Assembly: GCA_030828505.1 (NCBI GenBank)
Contig: JAURCJ010000009.1
Coordinates: 40-64,039 of the forward strand
Origin: Alphaproteobacteria bacterium
GTDB lineage: Bacteria > Pseudomonadota > Alphaproteobacteria > TMED109
Direction of reading: 5' to 3'
DNA: 64,000 nucleotides
Shown piece after piece: positions 38,001-48,120 of the stretch (positions within the stretch are counted from its first letter, which is position 1; the number at the start of each line of letters is the position of its first letter). The notes beneath the pieces are model-generated. The model saw nothing but the letters and a program-made list of their open reading frames with translations, searched no databases and had not been told where the DNA came from. The position numbers and the translations under genes are program-made.

Positions 38001-39271
38001 CTAAGCATATCTTCCCAAATATTTGTAGCCCAATCCCAAGCGTTTTCTTTTATAATTGGAGATCTAGCTGGAGATAATCCAGAAGCACCAGGAATACTTT
38101 TAATTTTATTCTCTTCTAAGTTGTAATCATATACAGCACTTACTGAAATACCCTCTTCATTAGAAACTAAGCTATAACATGTATTAATTAAGGAAGGAGA
38201 TACTTTATCTAAACCAAATAATTCTGCAACCACAGCTAAACCACATACTTTACCCATTGAATTTGCAACATATCCAGATTTTGGCACTCTTCCGACATTA
38301 GATTGTGACGTAGCATCCCCTATAATAAATATATTATCTGCTATGGTTGAACTAAAATCATAAGAGTTAACTGCAGCCCAATTAGATCCTTTATTTATAA
38401 GTCCTGCATCTTTTAAAAAATTAGGAGCTTTCTGAGATGGAATGAGATTAGCTACATCGCACCTAATATCCTCAAAGTCTGTCATAAATGTTGAAGAAGA
38501 CTTATCTACTCCTACTACACCCGAGTTGGACCTATATTCTATTATATCAGGATATAGATCTTCCCAAGCTTCCATAAATAATGTACCTTTTGAAATAATT
38601 TTTTGATTAGAATCTAAAATAATCAGTTTTGTATTCTTTTTATTCTTCTTCAAATAGGAAGCAATTAATGAAGCTCTTTCGTAAGGACCAGGAGGACATC
38701 TATATGGACCTAAAGGAATAGAGATAGCAACTATACCTCCATTTTTAAGATTTTTTATTTTGTTTGCAAGTAATATAGTTTCTTTTCCAGCTTTCCAAGC
38801 TGCAGGAAAATCTTCTATATAATTTTCATTCCAATTTTCAATTGATGAATAATCTAACTGAATACCAGGAGAAAGAATTAGTTTATCATAAGTTATATTT
38901 TGTTTATCAGTAATTATAATATTTTTTTCTGGATCTATATTTATTGCAGTTTCATGGATAAATTTTATGCCATAATTATTTTTTAAACTATCAAAATTAA
39001 AAGTAATATCATCTATATTTTTTAACTGACCTATTACCCAATTAGACATTGGACAAGATACAAATTCTTTATTTGAATCTATAATAATAACTTCGACTTC
39101 TGAACTAATTTTTTTTATAGTTTTTGCAGCGCTTAATCCTCCCCAACCTGCCCCAAGAATAACTACCTTTCCAGAGCTTTTAGCATTAGACGCAGCAATA
39201 TCCATAAAAGGTATTAAAGATGAAAATAAACTATAATTTCTCATTCTTTTTAATAAATTACGTCTATTCAT
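37997..39271 (-). CDS. Flavocytochrome c sulfide dehydrogenase flavoprotein subunit (FccB/SoxF-like)
   Basis: Twin-arginine leader MNRRNLLKRM, VVILGAGWGGLSAAK, redox-active RCPPGPYERA, GDA motif. Confidence 0.8.
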   Translation of the reverse strand: MNRRNLLKRMRNYSLFSSLIPFMDIAASNAKSSGKVVILGAGWGGLSAAKTIKKISSEVEVIIIDSNKEFVSCPMSNWVIGQLKNIDDITFNFDSLKNNYGIKFIHETAINIDPEKNIIITDKQNITYDKLILSPGIQLDYSSIENWNENYIEDFPAAWKAGKETILLANKIKNLKNGGIVAISIPLGPYRCPPGPYERASLIASYLKKNKKNTKLIILDSNQKIISKGTLFMEAWEDLYPDIIEYRSNSGVVGVDKSSSTFMTDFEDIRCDVANLIPSQKAPNFLKDAGLINKGSNWAAVNSYDFSSTIADNIFIIGDATSQSNVGRVPKSGYVANSMGKVCGLAVVAELFGLDKVSPSLINTCYSLVSNEEGISVSAVYDYNLEENKIKSIPGASGLSPARSPIIKENAWDWATNIWEDMLS

Positions 39272-39548
39272 TATTATATCCTTTAGAGAAATAATAAGAT
39301 AATATTCTTATTTGTTGCTCACTATATCCTTTAGATATTAATTGCATTAAATAGTTTGTTCTGTTGTCTAATTTATAATCCATAAGTGAATTATAAATAT
39401 ACTCTTCATCTAAGCCATATAAACTTGGTATTGTTAAATTTGTACTTTTACCATGACAACCTAAGCATGGCAGAGATAGACTCGTGTCTAGATTATCAGA
39501 AAATGCGTTACTACATATAAAAAATAAAAATAAATAAAAATACCTCAT
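39264..39548 (-). CDS. Monohaem c-type cytochrome (partner subunit of the sulfide dehydrogenase)
   Basis: Signal peptide and a single CLGCHG haem-binding site. 8-nt overlap with the flavoprotein gene. Confidence 0.75.
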   Translation of the reverse strand: MRYFYLFLFFICSNAFSDNLDTSLSLPCLGCHGKSTNLTIPSLYGLDEEYIYNSLMDYKLDNRTNYLMQLISKGYSEQQIRILSYYFSKGYNNE

Positions 39549-39648
39549 AGCTTAAATATAATATAATTACCTATAATTAAAAAGTACTATTTGGTATAAA
39601 ACTATATTTGAATACTATAGTAATAATTTTAAATTAGGTAATTAATCA

Positions 39649-40812
39649 ATGGAAGAAAAAAATAAAAGCGGCCCTTTAAAAGGACTTGTTGTAATAGACC
39701 TTACAAGAGTATTAGCTGGACCTTATGCGTCCATGATACTTTCAGATTTAGGAGCAAGAATTATAAAAGTAGAACCTCCCCTTGGAGATGATTCAAGAGA
39801 ATTTAGTCCTTTTGTAAATAATCAATCTGCATATTTTGCATCTTTAAATAGAGAAAAAGAAAGCATTAAATTAGACTTAAAGTCTGAAAAAGATAAACTA
39901 ATATTTGAAGAGCTCATTAAAAATGCTGATATTTTACTAGAAAATTATAAACCAGGTACCATGGAGAAGCTAGGCTATGGATATAAATCTCTTTCAAAAA
40001 TATATCCAAATTTAATATATGCTTCTTGTAGTGGCTTTGGGCAAACAGGTCCTTGGGCAACTAAACCAGCTTATGACATGATAGTGCAAGGTATGGGAGG
40101 ACTAATGAGTGTTACAGGTCATGAGGGACAAGAACCTGTAAGAGTTGGGACATCTATAGGAGACATAACGGCAGGATTATTTACAACTATAGGAATATTA
40201 GCATCATTAATAGACAAAAATAAACATGGAAATGGGCAATCAATAGATGTATCTATGCTAGATTGCCAAATAGCTATTCTAGAAAATGCAATTGCACGTT
40301 ACTTTGCTACAGGCGAAAGTCCTCCACCTGGAGGATCTAGGCACCCTGCAATAGCTCCTTTTGAATGTTATAGATGTAAAGATGGCTATATTGTTATGGC
40401 TTGCGGAAATAATGCTATGTTTGAAAGAATGTGTAGAGCTATTAATAAAGATGAACTAATTGAAGACGAAAGATTTAAAACAAACCCAAAACGCGTTGAG
40501 AATGTCATTAGTCTAAAACAAGAACTAGAAAATCTTTTTGTTACTAAACCTTCAGTCTTCTGGATAGAAGTATTAGAAAAAGAAAATATACCTATTGGAC
40601 CTTTAAATAATATAGAACAAGCAGTAAATTCTGAACAAATTAAAGCCAGAAATATGGTTGTTAATATTGAAGATGAAAATTTTAATAATTTCTATGTTGC
40701 TGGAAATCCTATTAAAATGAGTTTACATAATGATCCCAAATCTCGACAAAAAGTTCCTGCACTAGATGAAAATAGATCAAAAATTTTAAAAGAATTTAAA
40801 ATAAAGGAATAA
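39649..40812 (+). CDS. Family III CoA-transferase (CaiB/BaiF/formyl-CoA transferase family)
   Basis: GPLKGLVVIDLTRVLAGPYASMILSDLGARIIKVEPP, ENYKPGTMEKLG, YDMIVQGMGGLMSVTG. Confidence 0.9.
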   Translation: MEEKNKSGPLKGLVVIDLTRVLAGPYASMILSDLGARIIKVEPPLGDDSREFSPFVNNQSAYFASLNREKESIKLDLKSEKDKLIFEELIKNADILLENYKPGTMEKLGYGYKSLSKIYPNLIYASCSGFGQTGPWATKPAYDMIVQGMGGLMSVTGHEGQEPVRVGTSIGDITAGLFTTIGILASLIDKNKHGNGQSIDVSMLDCQIAILENAIARYFATGESPPPGGSRHPAIAPFECYRCKDGYIVMACGNNAMFERMCRAINKDELIEDERFKTNPKRVENVISLKQELENLFVTKPSVFWIEVLEKENIPIGPLNNIEQAVNSEQIKARNMVVNIEDENFNNFYVAGNPIKMSLHNDPKSRQKVPALDENRSKILKEFKIKE

Positions 40813-40813
40813 C

Positions 40814-42646
40814 ATGGCTTTTACTTTTGAAATGCTATTAACTTTATCCTTAATGATATTTGCCATTATTGGTTATTCTACTAGAAAATTTCCAATTGAT
40901 GCTGTTTCAATTTCCGTTTTAGGATTACTTTTTCTAATTTTTGAGATTTATCCTGTAGATGGAATAAATTTTGATGATTTTATTGCAGGATTCTCTAATC
41001 ATGGTTTATTAACTGTTATGGCATTATTAGTAGTAGCTCAAGGAGTATACTCGACAGGAATACTTAATACATTTGTAGATAATATAATGCATTTAAACCG
41101 TGATCTTAAAACTAGCAAAAGCACAATGTTAATTTTATTATTATTAATTGTAGCCTTATTCTCAAGTGTCATGAATAACACACCTATTATAATAATATTT
41201 ATTCCATTAGTATCAATAATTGCAGAAAAAATGAATTTATCTATCAGTAAAGCTCTAATTCCTCTTAGCTATGCCGGAATATTGGGTGGAATGACTACTC
41301 TTGTTGGTTCAAGTACAAATATTATAGGTGCAGAAGTAGCAAAGGAACTAGGAGTAGAAGGAATAAACTTCTTTAGTGTTACTATTCCTGGTTTAGCTAT
41401 AGCTATCCCTGGTATAATTTTTGTAATATTTGTTCTTCCTAAACTTATGCCTAAAAGAAATAAAACATCTACTTCATTATCAAGCGATCAAAATAAATTT
41501 ATTGCACAAATTGAAATTGATACTGAAAGTGACTTAATAGGTCAAAAAGCAGTTAGTGGTAAATTTGATGCACTCCCTGAAATGCAAATATTATTAATAC
41601 AAAGAGGTGAACACTCAATATCAGCATATCAATCTACAAAAATCCAAAAAGATGATATAATTGTTGTATCAGCTGATAGAAAAGTTATTGAAGCAGCCTT
41701 AATTAAGTATGGTGAACAACTTCATCCTACTCTATCGGATACTGACCCCTTTAATTTTGAGAAAAATGGAGAAAATATAAATTCTGGAGAACAAATTTTA
41801 TCTGAAGTACTTGTATCTCCTGATTCTAGAATGGCAGGAAGAGACTTAGAAGAATCCAGATTTAGAAAACTAACTAATTGTATAGTTTTAGGCATTAAAA
41901 GAAGTTCGAAGATATATAGAGAACAAATAACAGATATAGTTTTAGAAGGTGGCGATGTTTTACTCATTCAAGGTTCAAAAACATCTATAGCTAACTTAAA
42001 GGATTACCCTGAAGTTTTATTACTTGATCATACTTCATCACTCTTACCAAGAAAAAAGTATGCTAGAAGATCCCTCGCAATTTTTTTATTTACTGTAATA
42101 ACAATTGCTACAGGAATCATTCCTAGTGTCGCAGCAGCAATGATTGGGGCAGCAGCAATGCTAGCTTCCAGAGTTTTAAGTGCAGAAAGAGCAATAAATT
42201 CACTTAATAGGCATGTGTTTTTAACTATAGTTTCTATGCTTGCTTTAAGTCATGCAATTGAAGCTACTGGACTTGCAGAATATGGAGCATTTAGTATGTT
42301 AAATAATTTTCCAGATTCCAGCCCTGCGATTATTCTTTCAGTGCTGTTTTTAACAGTTTCTTTAATGACGAATTTTTTAACAAATAATGCAAGCGCTGCT
42401 CTTTTTATGCCATTAGGTATTTCTTTAGCATCAAGCTTAAACGTAGATATAATTCCATTTGTAATAACAATAATATTAGCTGCTAACTGTTCTTTTGCTA
42501 CTCCATACGGATATCAAACTAACTTACTAGTAATGGCTGCAGGCGACTATAAATTTAAGCACTTTATTAAAGGAGGAATTCCTCTAACAATTATATGCTG
42601 GTTAGCTTTTACTTTGTTTGCACCTTGGTATTATAATCTATATTAA
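40814..42646 (+). CDS. SLC13/DASS-family anion permease with a central TrkA-C (RCK_C) domain pair
   Basis: 610 aa. Two hydrophobic halves flank a soluble ~200-aa region (two blocks of the type ...LIGQKAV...DDIIVVSADRK... and ...MAGRDLEES...GDVLLIQGSK). Starts 1 nt after the CoA-transferase stop. Confidence 0.8.
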   Translation: MAFTFEMLLTLSLMIFAIIGYSTRKFPIDAVSISVLGLLFLIFEIYPVDGINFDDFIAGFSNHGLLTVMALLVVAQGVYSTGILNTFVDNIMHLNRDLKTSKSTMLILLLLIVALFSSVMNNTPIIIIFIPLVSIIAEKMNLSISKALIPLSYAGILGGMTTLVGSSTNIIGAEVAKELGVEGINFFSVTIPGLAIAIPGIIFVIFVLPKLMPKRNKTSTSLSSDQNKFIAQIEIDTESDLIGQKAVSGKFDALPEMQILLIQRGEHSISAYQSTKIQKDDIIVVSADRKVIEAALIKYGEQLHPTLSDTDPFNFEKNGENINSGEQILSEVLVSPDSRMAGRDLEESRFRKLTNCIVLGIKRSSKIYREQITDIVLEGGDVLLIQGSKTSIANLKDYPEVLLLDHTSSLLPRKKYARRSLAIFLFTVITIATGIIPSVAAAMIGAAAMLASRVLSAERAINSLNRHVFLTIVSMLALSHAIEATGLAEYGAFSMLNNFPDSSPAIILSVLFLTVSLMTNFLTNNASAALFMPLGISLASSLNVDIIPFVITIILAANCSFATPYGYQTNLLVMAAGDYKFKHFIKGGIPLTIICWLAFTLFAPWYYNLY

Positions 42647-42673
42647 TTTTAAAAATTATTGTAAAATAAAAAT

Positions 42674-43396
42674 ATGACAATTAGTATAAAAAAACCTTTA
42701 CAGATATTCTATGGTACATCTCCTCAAGTATGTCCGTATTTACCAGAAAAAAATGAAAAGAAAATTATTACCGAAATATCTGGTCTAGACTCTAATAAAT
42801 TAAACTTTAAGTTAACTAATGCAGGTTTTAGAAGGTCGCACAGAACAGCCTATCGGCCTGCTTGTAATGATTGTAATGCTTGTATACCAGTAAGGATTAA
42901 TGTTGCTAAATACTCACCAAATAGATCAATGAAAAGAGCAAAAAAAGCGGCATTAGATATAGAATGTTCAGAAAGACCTCCAATAGCTACTAGAGAGCAA
43001 TATGAATTATTTTTTGAATATCAAAATTACAGACATAATGATAGTGATATGGCCGAAATGACTTTTAATGAATACAGAGCTATGATAGAAGACACCCCAG
43101 TAGAAACATGCGTTTATGAGTTTAGAGATGTCAATAATTCATTAGTTGCTGCGAGTTTGACTGATAAAGTAGAAGATGGTTTAAGCGGAATATATAAATT
43201 CTTCAGTCCCAAAAGGTCTAAAAATAGCCTAGGTTCATGGATTATAGACTGGCACATTGAAGAAACTATCAGATTAAAATTAAAATATGTATATCTTGGT
43301 TATTGGATTAAAGAATCTTCAAAAATGTCTTATAAAAGTAAATTTAATGGATTAGAAAAATTAACAAATAATAAATGGCAAGACTTTTTTGATTAA
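42674..43396 (+). CDS. bpt: Arginyl/leucyl-tRNA-protein transferase (bacterial Ate homolog, Bpt)
   Basis: CPYLPEK, AGFRRSHRTAYRPACNDCNACIPVRINV, YLGYWIKESSKMSYKSKF. Confidence 0.85.
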   Translation: MTISIKKPLQIFYGTSPQVCPYLPEKNEKKIITEISGLDSNKLNFKLTNAGFRRSHRTAYRPACNDCNACIPVRINVAKYSPNRSMKRAKKAALDIECSERPPIATREQYELFFEYQNYRHNDSDMAEMTFNEYRAMIEDTPVETCVYEFRDVNNSLVAASLTDKVEDGLSGIYKFFSPKRSKNSLGSWIIDWHIEETIRLKLKYVYLGYWIKESSKMSYKSKFNGLEKLTNNKWQDFFD

Positions 43397-43417
43397 TAAT
43401 TTAATTGGGAGGATTTC

Positions 43418-44575
43418 ATGAAAAATAATACTAATAAAAATAAATTTAAAAGAAGGGATATACTAATCGGTGCAACGGCACTAGGCACAATAGGAGCTCT
43501 TTCAGCATGTAAAGAAAGTGTAAATGGAGGTACTCCAGATAACCCTCAAAAATCAGCATCAATATCTAAAAATATCATCCAATGGAAAATGATAACATGT
43601 TGGCCAAGAGATTTTCCAGGAGGAGGTACTCATTCGCAAAAGTTAGCACAAAGAATTACTGATGCCTCTAATGGTAGACTGGAAATAAAAAATTTTGCTG
43701 CTGGCGAACTTGTTCCTGCTTTTGAAGTATTTGATGCAGTTAGAGAAGGAACTGCTGAATGTGGTCATGCTGCTCCTTATTATTGGATCTCTAAACATAA
43801 AGCTATTCCATTTTTTTGTACCGTTCCTGGTGGTATGACCGCTTTTGAAAAAGCAGCATGGATAATTTATGGAGGCGGACAAAAATTATGGGATGAGTTA
43901 TATTCTGAATTTGGCGTAAAAAGTTTTCTATGCGGAAATACAGGTGTACAAATGGGTGGTTGGTTTCAAAAAGAAATTAATTCACTTGAAGATTTTCAAG
44001 GTATAAAAATGCGTATGCCTGGATTAGGAGCAGAAGTAGTTAATAGAATGGGAGGCACGGCCGTTAATATGCCTGCAGGGGAAATAATGCCAGCACTTCA
44101 ATCTGGTGTGATAGATGCTGCAGAATGGGTAGGTCCTTGGAATGATTTAGCATTAGGCTTTTATAAAGTTGCCAAATATTATTATGGACCTGGTTTTCAT
44201 GAAGGCGGGACATCAAATGAATTAATAATGAACAAAGAAAGTTATGAAGCCTTACCTAAAGACTTAAAAGCTATAGTTGAGCATGCTTGTCATGCTGGAG
44301 CACTTGAAGCACCAGCAGAATACTTCGCAAATAGTGGATTATCATTAGACGTGCTAGTTAACAAGCATAACGTAGATGTAAGGCCTTTTCCTAAAGATGT
44401 AATTAAACAAATGTTTGATATATCTAAAGAAGTAGTTCAAGAAACAGCTGCTCTTGGAGAACTTCATGCTAAAATTTATAAAAGCTGGAGTGATTTTCTA
44501 AATCAATCAATGAGATATCAAAAATATAGTGATTATGGCTATATGAGAGATAGATCACAGGCTTATGGAATATAA
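43418..44575 (+). CDS. TRAP transporter substrate-binding protein (DctP family), paralog 1
   Basis: The RRDILIGATALGTIGALSAC leader has a Tat-like RR plus a lipobox-like Cys. WKMITCWPRDFPG, GGWFQKEI, MRMPGLGAEV. Confidence 0.85.
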   Translation: MKNNTNKNKFKRRDILIGATALGTIGALSACKESVNGGTPDNPQKSASISKNIIQWKMITCWPRDFPGGGTHSQKLAQRITDASNGRLEIKNFAAGELVPAFEVFDAVREGTAECGHAAPYYWISKHKAIPFFCTVPGGMTAFEKAAWIIYGGGQKLWDELYSEFGVKSFLCGNTGVQMGGWFQKEINSLEDFQGIKMRMPGLGAEVVNRMGGTAVNMPAGEIMPALQSGVIDAAEWVGPWNDLALGFYKVAKYYYGPGFHEGGTSNELIMNKESYEALPKDLKAIVEHACHAGALEAPAEYFANSGLSLDVLVNKHNVDVRPFPKDVIKQMFDISKEVVQETAALGELHAKIYKSWSDFLNQSMRYQKYSDYGYMRDRSQAYGI

Positions 44576-44587
44576 TAGGAGAAAGTA

Positions 44588-45685
44588 ATGAATAGAAGAA
44601 AATTACTTAAAACTGCTGCCGTTGGAACTATATTAGCTGCGGCCTCTGCTTGCAGTAAAGATTCGGACAATAGTAATAAAGTTTCTAACAAAAGTACTGG
44701 AAAAATAGAATGGAAAATGGTTACCACTTGGCCTAAAAACTTTCCAGGGCTTGGAACCGGAGCCCAGAGAATAGCCGACAACATTACTAATATGTCTGAA
44801 GGACAATTAACCGTTAAGCTATATGCAGCTGGAGAATTAGTTCCTGCATTTGAAAGTTTTGATGCTGTTAGACAAGAAACTGCTCACATGAGTCATGGAG
44901 CCAGCTACTATTGGATCAATAAAAATAAATCAACACCATTTTTTGCAGCTGTCCCAGGAGGATTAACTGCACAAGAACATAATGCTTGGATTCATTATGG
45001 CGGTGGACAGGAGTTATGGGACGAATTATATGCAGAATTTAATGTTAAAGGATTCTTAGGTGGAAATTCTGGCGTCCAAATGGGTGGTTGGTTTAAAAAT
45101 AGAATTGAAACACTAAATGATTTTAAGGGTTTAAAAATGAGAATGCCAGGATTAGGAGCAGAAGTTATAAATAGAATGGGCGCCACTGCAGTAGCTCTTC
45201 CTGGTGGAGAAATTATGCCTGCTCTAGAATCAGGAGCTATCGACGCTACAGAATGGGTAGGGCCATGGAATGACTTGGCATTTGGTTTTTATAAAGTCGC
45301 AAATAATTATTATGGGCCAGGATTTCATGAACCTGGAACACATACTGAATGTATTGTAAATAAAACTGCCTATGATAAGCTTCCAAAATATTTACAAAAT
45401 ATTGTTGAACATGCGTGTGTGTCAGAAAATAATAGAATGTTATCAGAATTTACATATGCAAACAATGTAGCTCAAAAAAAACTTATTAATTTAGGAGTCA
45501 ATATTAGTAATTTTCCTGCTGACGTTTATAAAGAAATGTTCAATATAAGCAACGAAGTGGTTGCAGAAACAGCTAGCGCTGGAGATATTAATAAAAGAAT
45601 TTATGAGTCATGGTCTAAATTTAAAAATGAGGCAAGAGAAAGAGCTCCTTTTGCAGAACAAGGTTATATGGCAAGAAGAGGATAA
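44588..45685 (+). CDS. TRAP transporter substrate-binding protein (DctP family), paralog 2
   Basis: NRRKLLKTAAVGTILAAASAC leader. Colinear with paralog 1 (WKMVTTWPKNFPG, GGWFKNRI, MRMPGLGAEV). Confidence 0.85.
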   Translation: MNRRKLLKTAAVGTILAAASACSKDSDNSNKVSNKSTGKIEWKMVTTWPKNFPGLGTGAQRIADNITNMSEGQLTVKLYAAGELVPAFESFDAVRQETAHMSHGASYYWINKNKSTPFFAAVPGGLTAQEHNAWIHYGGGQELWDELYAEFNVKGFLGGNSGVQMGGWFKNRIETLNDFKGLKMRMPGLGAEVINRMGATAVALPGGEIMPALESGAIDATEWVGPWNDLAFGFYKVANNYYGPGFHEPGTHTECIVNKTAYDKLPKYLQNIVEHACVSENNRMLSEFTYANNVAQKKLINLGVNISNFPADVYKEMFNISNEVVAETASAGDINKRIYESWSKFKNEARERAPFAEQGYMARRG

Positions 45686-45687
45686 AT

Positions 45688-47238
45688 TTATTTTGAAAAA
45701 CTATCTGTCGGCTTACCATTAATAGTTCGGCAAAAAGGTAATAATAAAATAGGAATTAGTCCGAACCACATTATAAAAAAAGTTATATTATTTATAGCCA
45801 TTATAAAACCTTCTCTAAGCCCTAACATTTCAATGGCCATTAAAGACCTATAATTTGGATCTAAACTTGATAACATAGGTAAACTCCCAAATATGCTCTC
45901 CATTTTATCATTTAACCCATTTATTATTTGAGGGCCACTTAATATAGAATTGGAAATACCTCCATAATACATAACTCTTAATTTTTCTAAAAATATATTT
46001 GCAATAGATATTGATACAGCTCCCCCTAATCGTAATATTAAGTTAAACATCGAAGCAGCATTTTGAATTCCAGATTTTTTTACAAATAACATGGCTATAT
46101 ATTGATTACCTATCCATAGTAGCTGAGAACCAATACCTCTAAATACTTGTGGCCAAAAAAGTTCTTCAAATCCAAATTCTGAAGTAATATTAACCATCAG
46201 CCATGTTCCATATATAATAAATAAGCATCCTATAAAAATTAAAAACCTTGCTCCTAATAAATTAATTAAAACACCTACAAATGGTCCTGTAGCCATCCAA
46301 GCTAGCCCCATAACTGAAACCATAGACCCAATCTCCCAAGGTCCGATACCTCTAACTTCGCCTAAAAATACTGGTAATAAAAATATAGGTGCATAAATTG
46401 ATACTCCAAATACAATCACATTTATACAACCAATTGTAAAATTGCGGTCCATAAAAATATTTAAATCAATAATAGGAAATTTTGCAGTAAACTCTCTAAT
46501 TAAAAAGAGTATTAAACAAGTAAATGATAAAATTGATGCAACTCTTATTTCCAGAGATTTCAACCAATCTAATCTAGTTCCTTCTTGTAAAGTGACCAGT
46601 AAGAGTAAAAGTCCTATAGCCAATAAAGCAATACCATAGTAATCAATTTGTTTAACTAATTCTGGTTCTCTTTCATTTAAATCAATAAAAATATAAGCTA
46701 ATATTAAAATAATAATACCAATTGGTAAGTTATATAAAAACATCCACTGCCAACTAATCATCTCTGTTAAAAACCCACCAATTGCCGGGCCAAATGCTAT
46801 AGAAGAGACACCTACTGTCGCTGTAAGTGATAGTGCAAATGGAAGTTGTTTAGGCGTAAATAATATATAAATACATGAAAACATTAGAGGCATAAGCGCC
46901 CCACCAAAAAACCCTTGCATTATTCTAAAAGCAACTACTACATAGAAATTACTTGTTGATGCAGCGCCAATACATGCAAGTAAGAATCCACTAAGAGCAA
47001 TCAAAAATAATAATCTTATAGAAAGTAATCTTGATAACCATCCTGCAAAAGGAATAATTACAACTTCCGCCATTAAATATGCTGACATTACATATGAAAC
47101 CTTATCAAGTCCAATATTTAACGCTCCCTGAAGGTTTCTAATAGAAGAACCAACTACTTGCATACTTATTACATTTAAAACAAATCCAAATAATATTATT
47201 AGGAACATTCCTAAATTTTTATAATTCATATTAGCCAA
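45688..47238 (-). CDS. MFS transporter (14-TMS DHA2/EmrB-QacA-like)
   Basis: 516 aa with about 14 hydrophobic segments and the MFS loop motif GWLSRLLSIR. Confidence 0.8.
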   Translation of the reverse strand: MANMNYKNLGMFLIILFGFVLNVISMQVVGSSIRNLQGALNIGLDKVSYVMSAYLMAEVVIIPFAGWLSRLLSIRLLFLIALSGFLLACIGAASTSNFYVVVAFRIMQGFFGGALMPLMFSCIYILFTPKQLPFALSLTATVGVSSIAFGPAIGGFLTEMISWQWMFLYNLPIGIIILILAYIFIDLNEREPELVKQIDYYGIALLAIGLLLLLVTLQEGTRLDWLKSLEIRVASILSFTCLILFLIREFTAKFPIIDLNIFMDRNFTIGCINVIVFGVSIYAPIFLLPVFLGEVRGIGPWEIGSMVSVMGLAWMATGPFVGVLINLLGARFLIFIGCLFIIYGTWLMVNITSEFGFEELFWPQVFRGIGSQLLWIGNQYIAMLFVKKSGIQNAASMFNLILRLGGAVSISIANIFLEKLRVMYYGGISNSILSGPQIINGLNDKMESIFGSLPMLSSLDPNYRSLMAIEMLGLREGFIMAINNITFFIMWFGLIPILLLPFCRTINGKPTDSFSK

Positions 47239-47414
47239 TATATATTATCCAGTGATTTGTAAAAAAGACTTAAAACATTAAAGTAGTATTAATATAATTA
47301 TTACTAATAGCATTTTATTATTATTAAAATGTATAATAATATAATCTTACATCTTGATAATAAGTACAATTGTTAATTTGTGAGTTCAAATATGCATTTT
47401 AAGAAGGTCTAACT

Positions 47415-48107
47415 ATGATGAAAAATATAATAGAAGTATGGGGCTTTAAGACATTTAGACCTTTTAGAATCTATTGGGCTTTAGAAGAATTTAATTTGCA
47501 ATATAAAAGCTATAAAATTGGCTCTAGAACTGGTGAAACACAGACCAAAGAATATTTAGATATGAATCCTAAGGGAAAAATTCCTTTTTTAAGGCATAAT
47601 GATATAGGAATAAGTGAGAGTGTAGCAGCAATGAATTACATAGCTACAAATTTTAAGCCTCCTAATGACTTCTTAGTTCCATCATCAGCAAAAGAAAAAG
47701 CAAAAATTGACGAATGGTCATATATGTGTGCAATGGAATTAGATGCACTTGGTGTATATATATTGAGAAGACATCAATTAGAAGAATATAATGGATTAGC
47801 TAATTTATATGGTGAAGCACCCAATGCTTGTAAAACAGCTAAAGAGCACATTAACAGAATGCTGTTAGCTTGTGATAGAGATGTTCCAAAAAATAATTGG
47901 TTAATTGGAAGCAATCCTAGTTGTGCTGATATAATGTTTATGAGTTGTTTACAAGTTATTAAACTCTATAAAATTGATATACTAAGTGATAAAATTAATG
48001 ACTATTATGAAAGAGCTGTTAAAAGAAAAAAGTACAGAAATGCGATGATAGAAAGTTATGGACAGCCAACTTTAGAAGAGTATATATTGTCTAATCAAAA
48101 AAAATAA
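47415..48107 (+). CDS. Glutathione S-transferase family protein
   Basis: Thioredoxin-like N-domain with PKGKIPFL and ISESVAAMNYI, plus a helical C-domain. Confidence 0.8.
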   Translation: MMKNIIEVWGFKTFRPFRIYWALEEFNLQYKSYKIGSRTGETQTKEYLDMNPKGKIPFLRHNDIGISESVAAMNYIATNFKPPNDFLVPSSAKEKAKIDEWSYMCAMELDALGVYILRRHQLEEYNGLANLYGEAPNACKTAKEHINRMLLACDRDVPKNNWLIGSNPSCADIMFMSCLQVIKLYKIDILSDKINDYYERAVKRKKYRNAMIESYGQPTLEEYILSNQKK

Positions 48108-48120
48108 AAATGAGCAAAAT

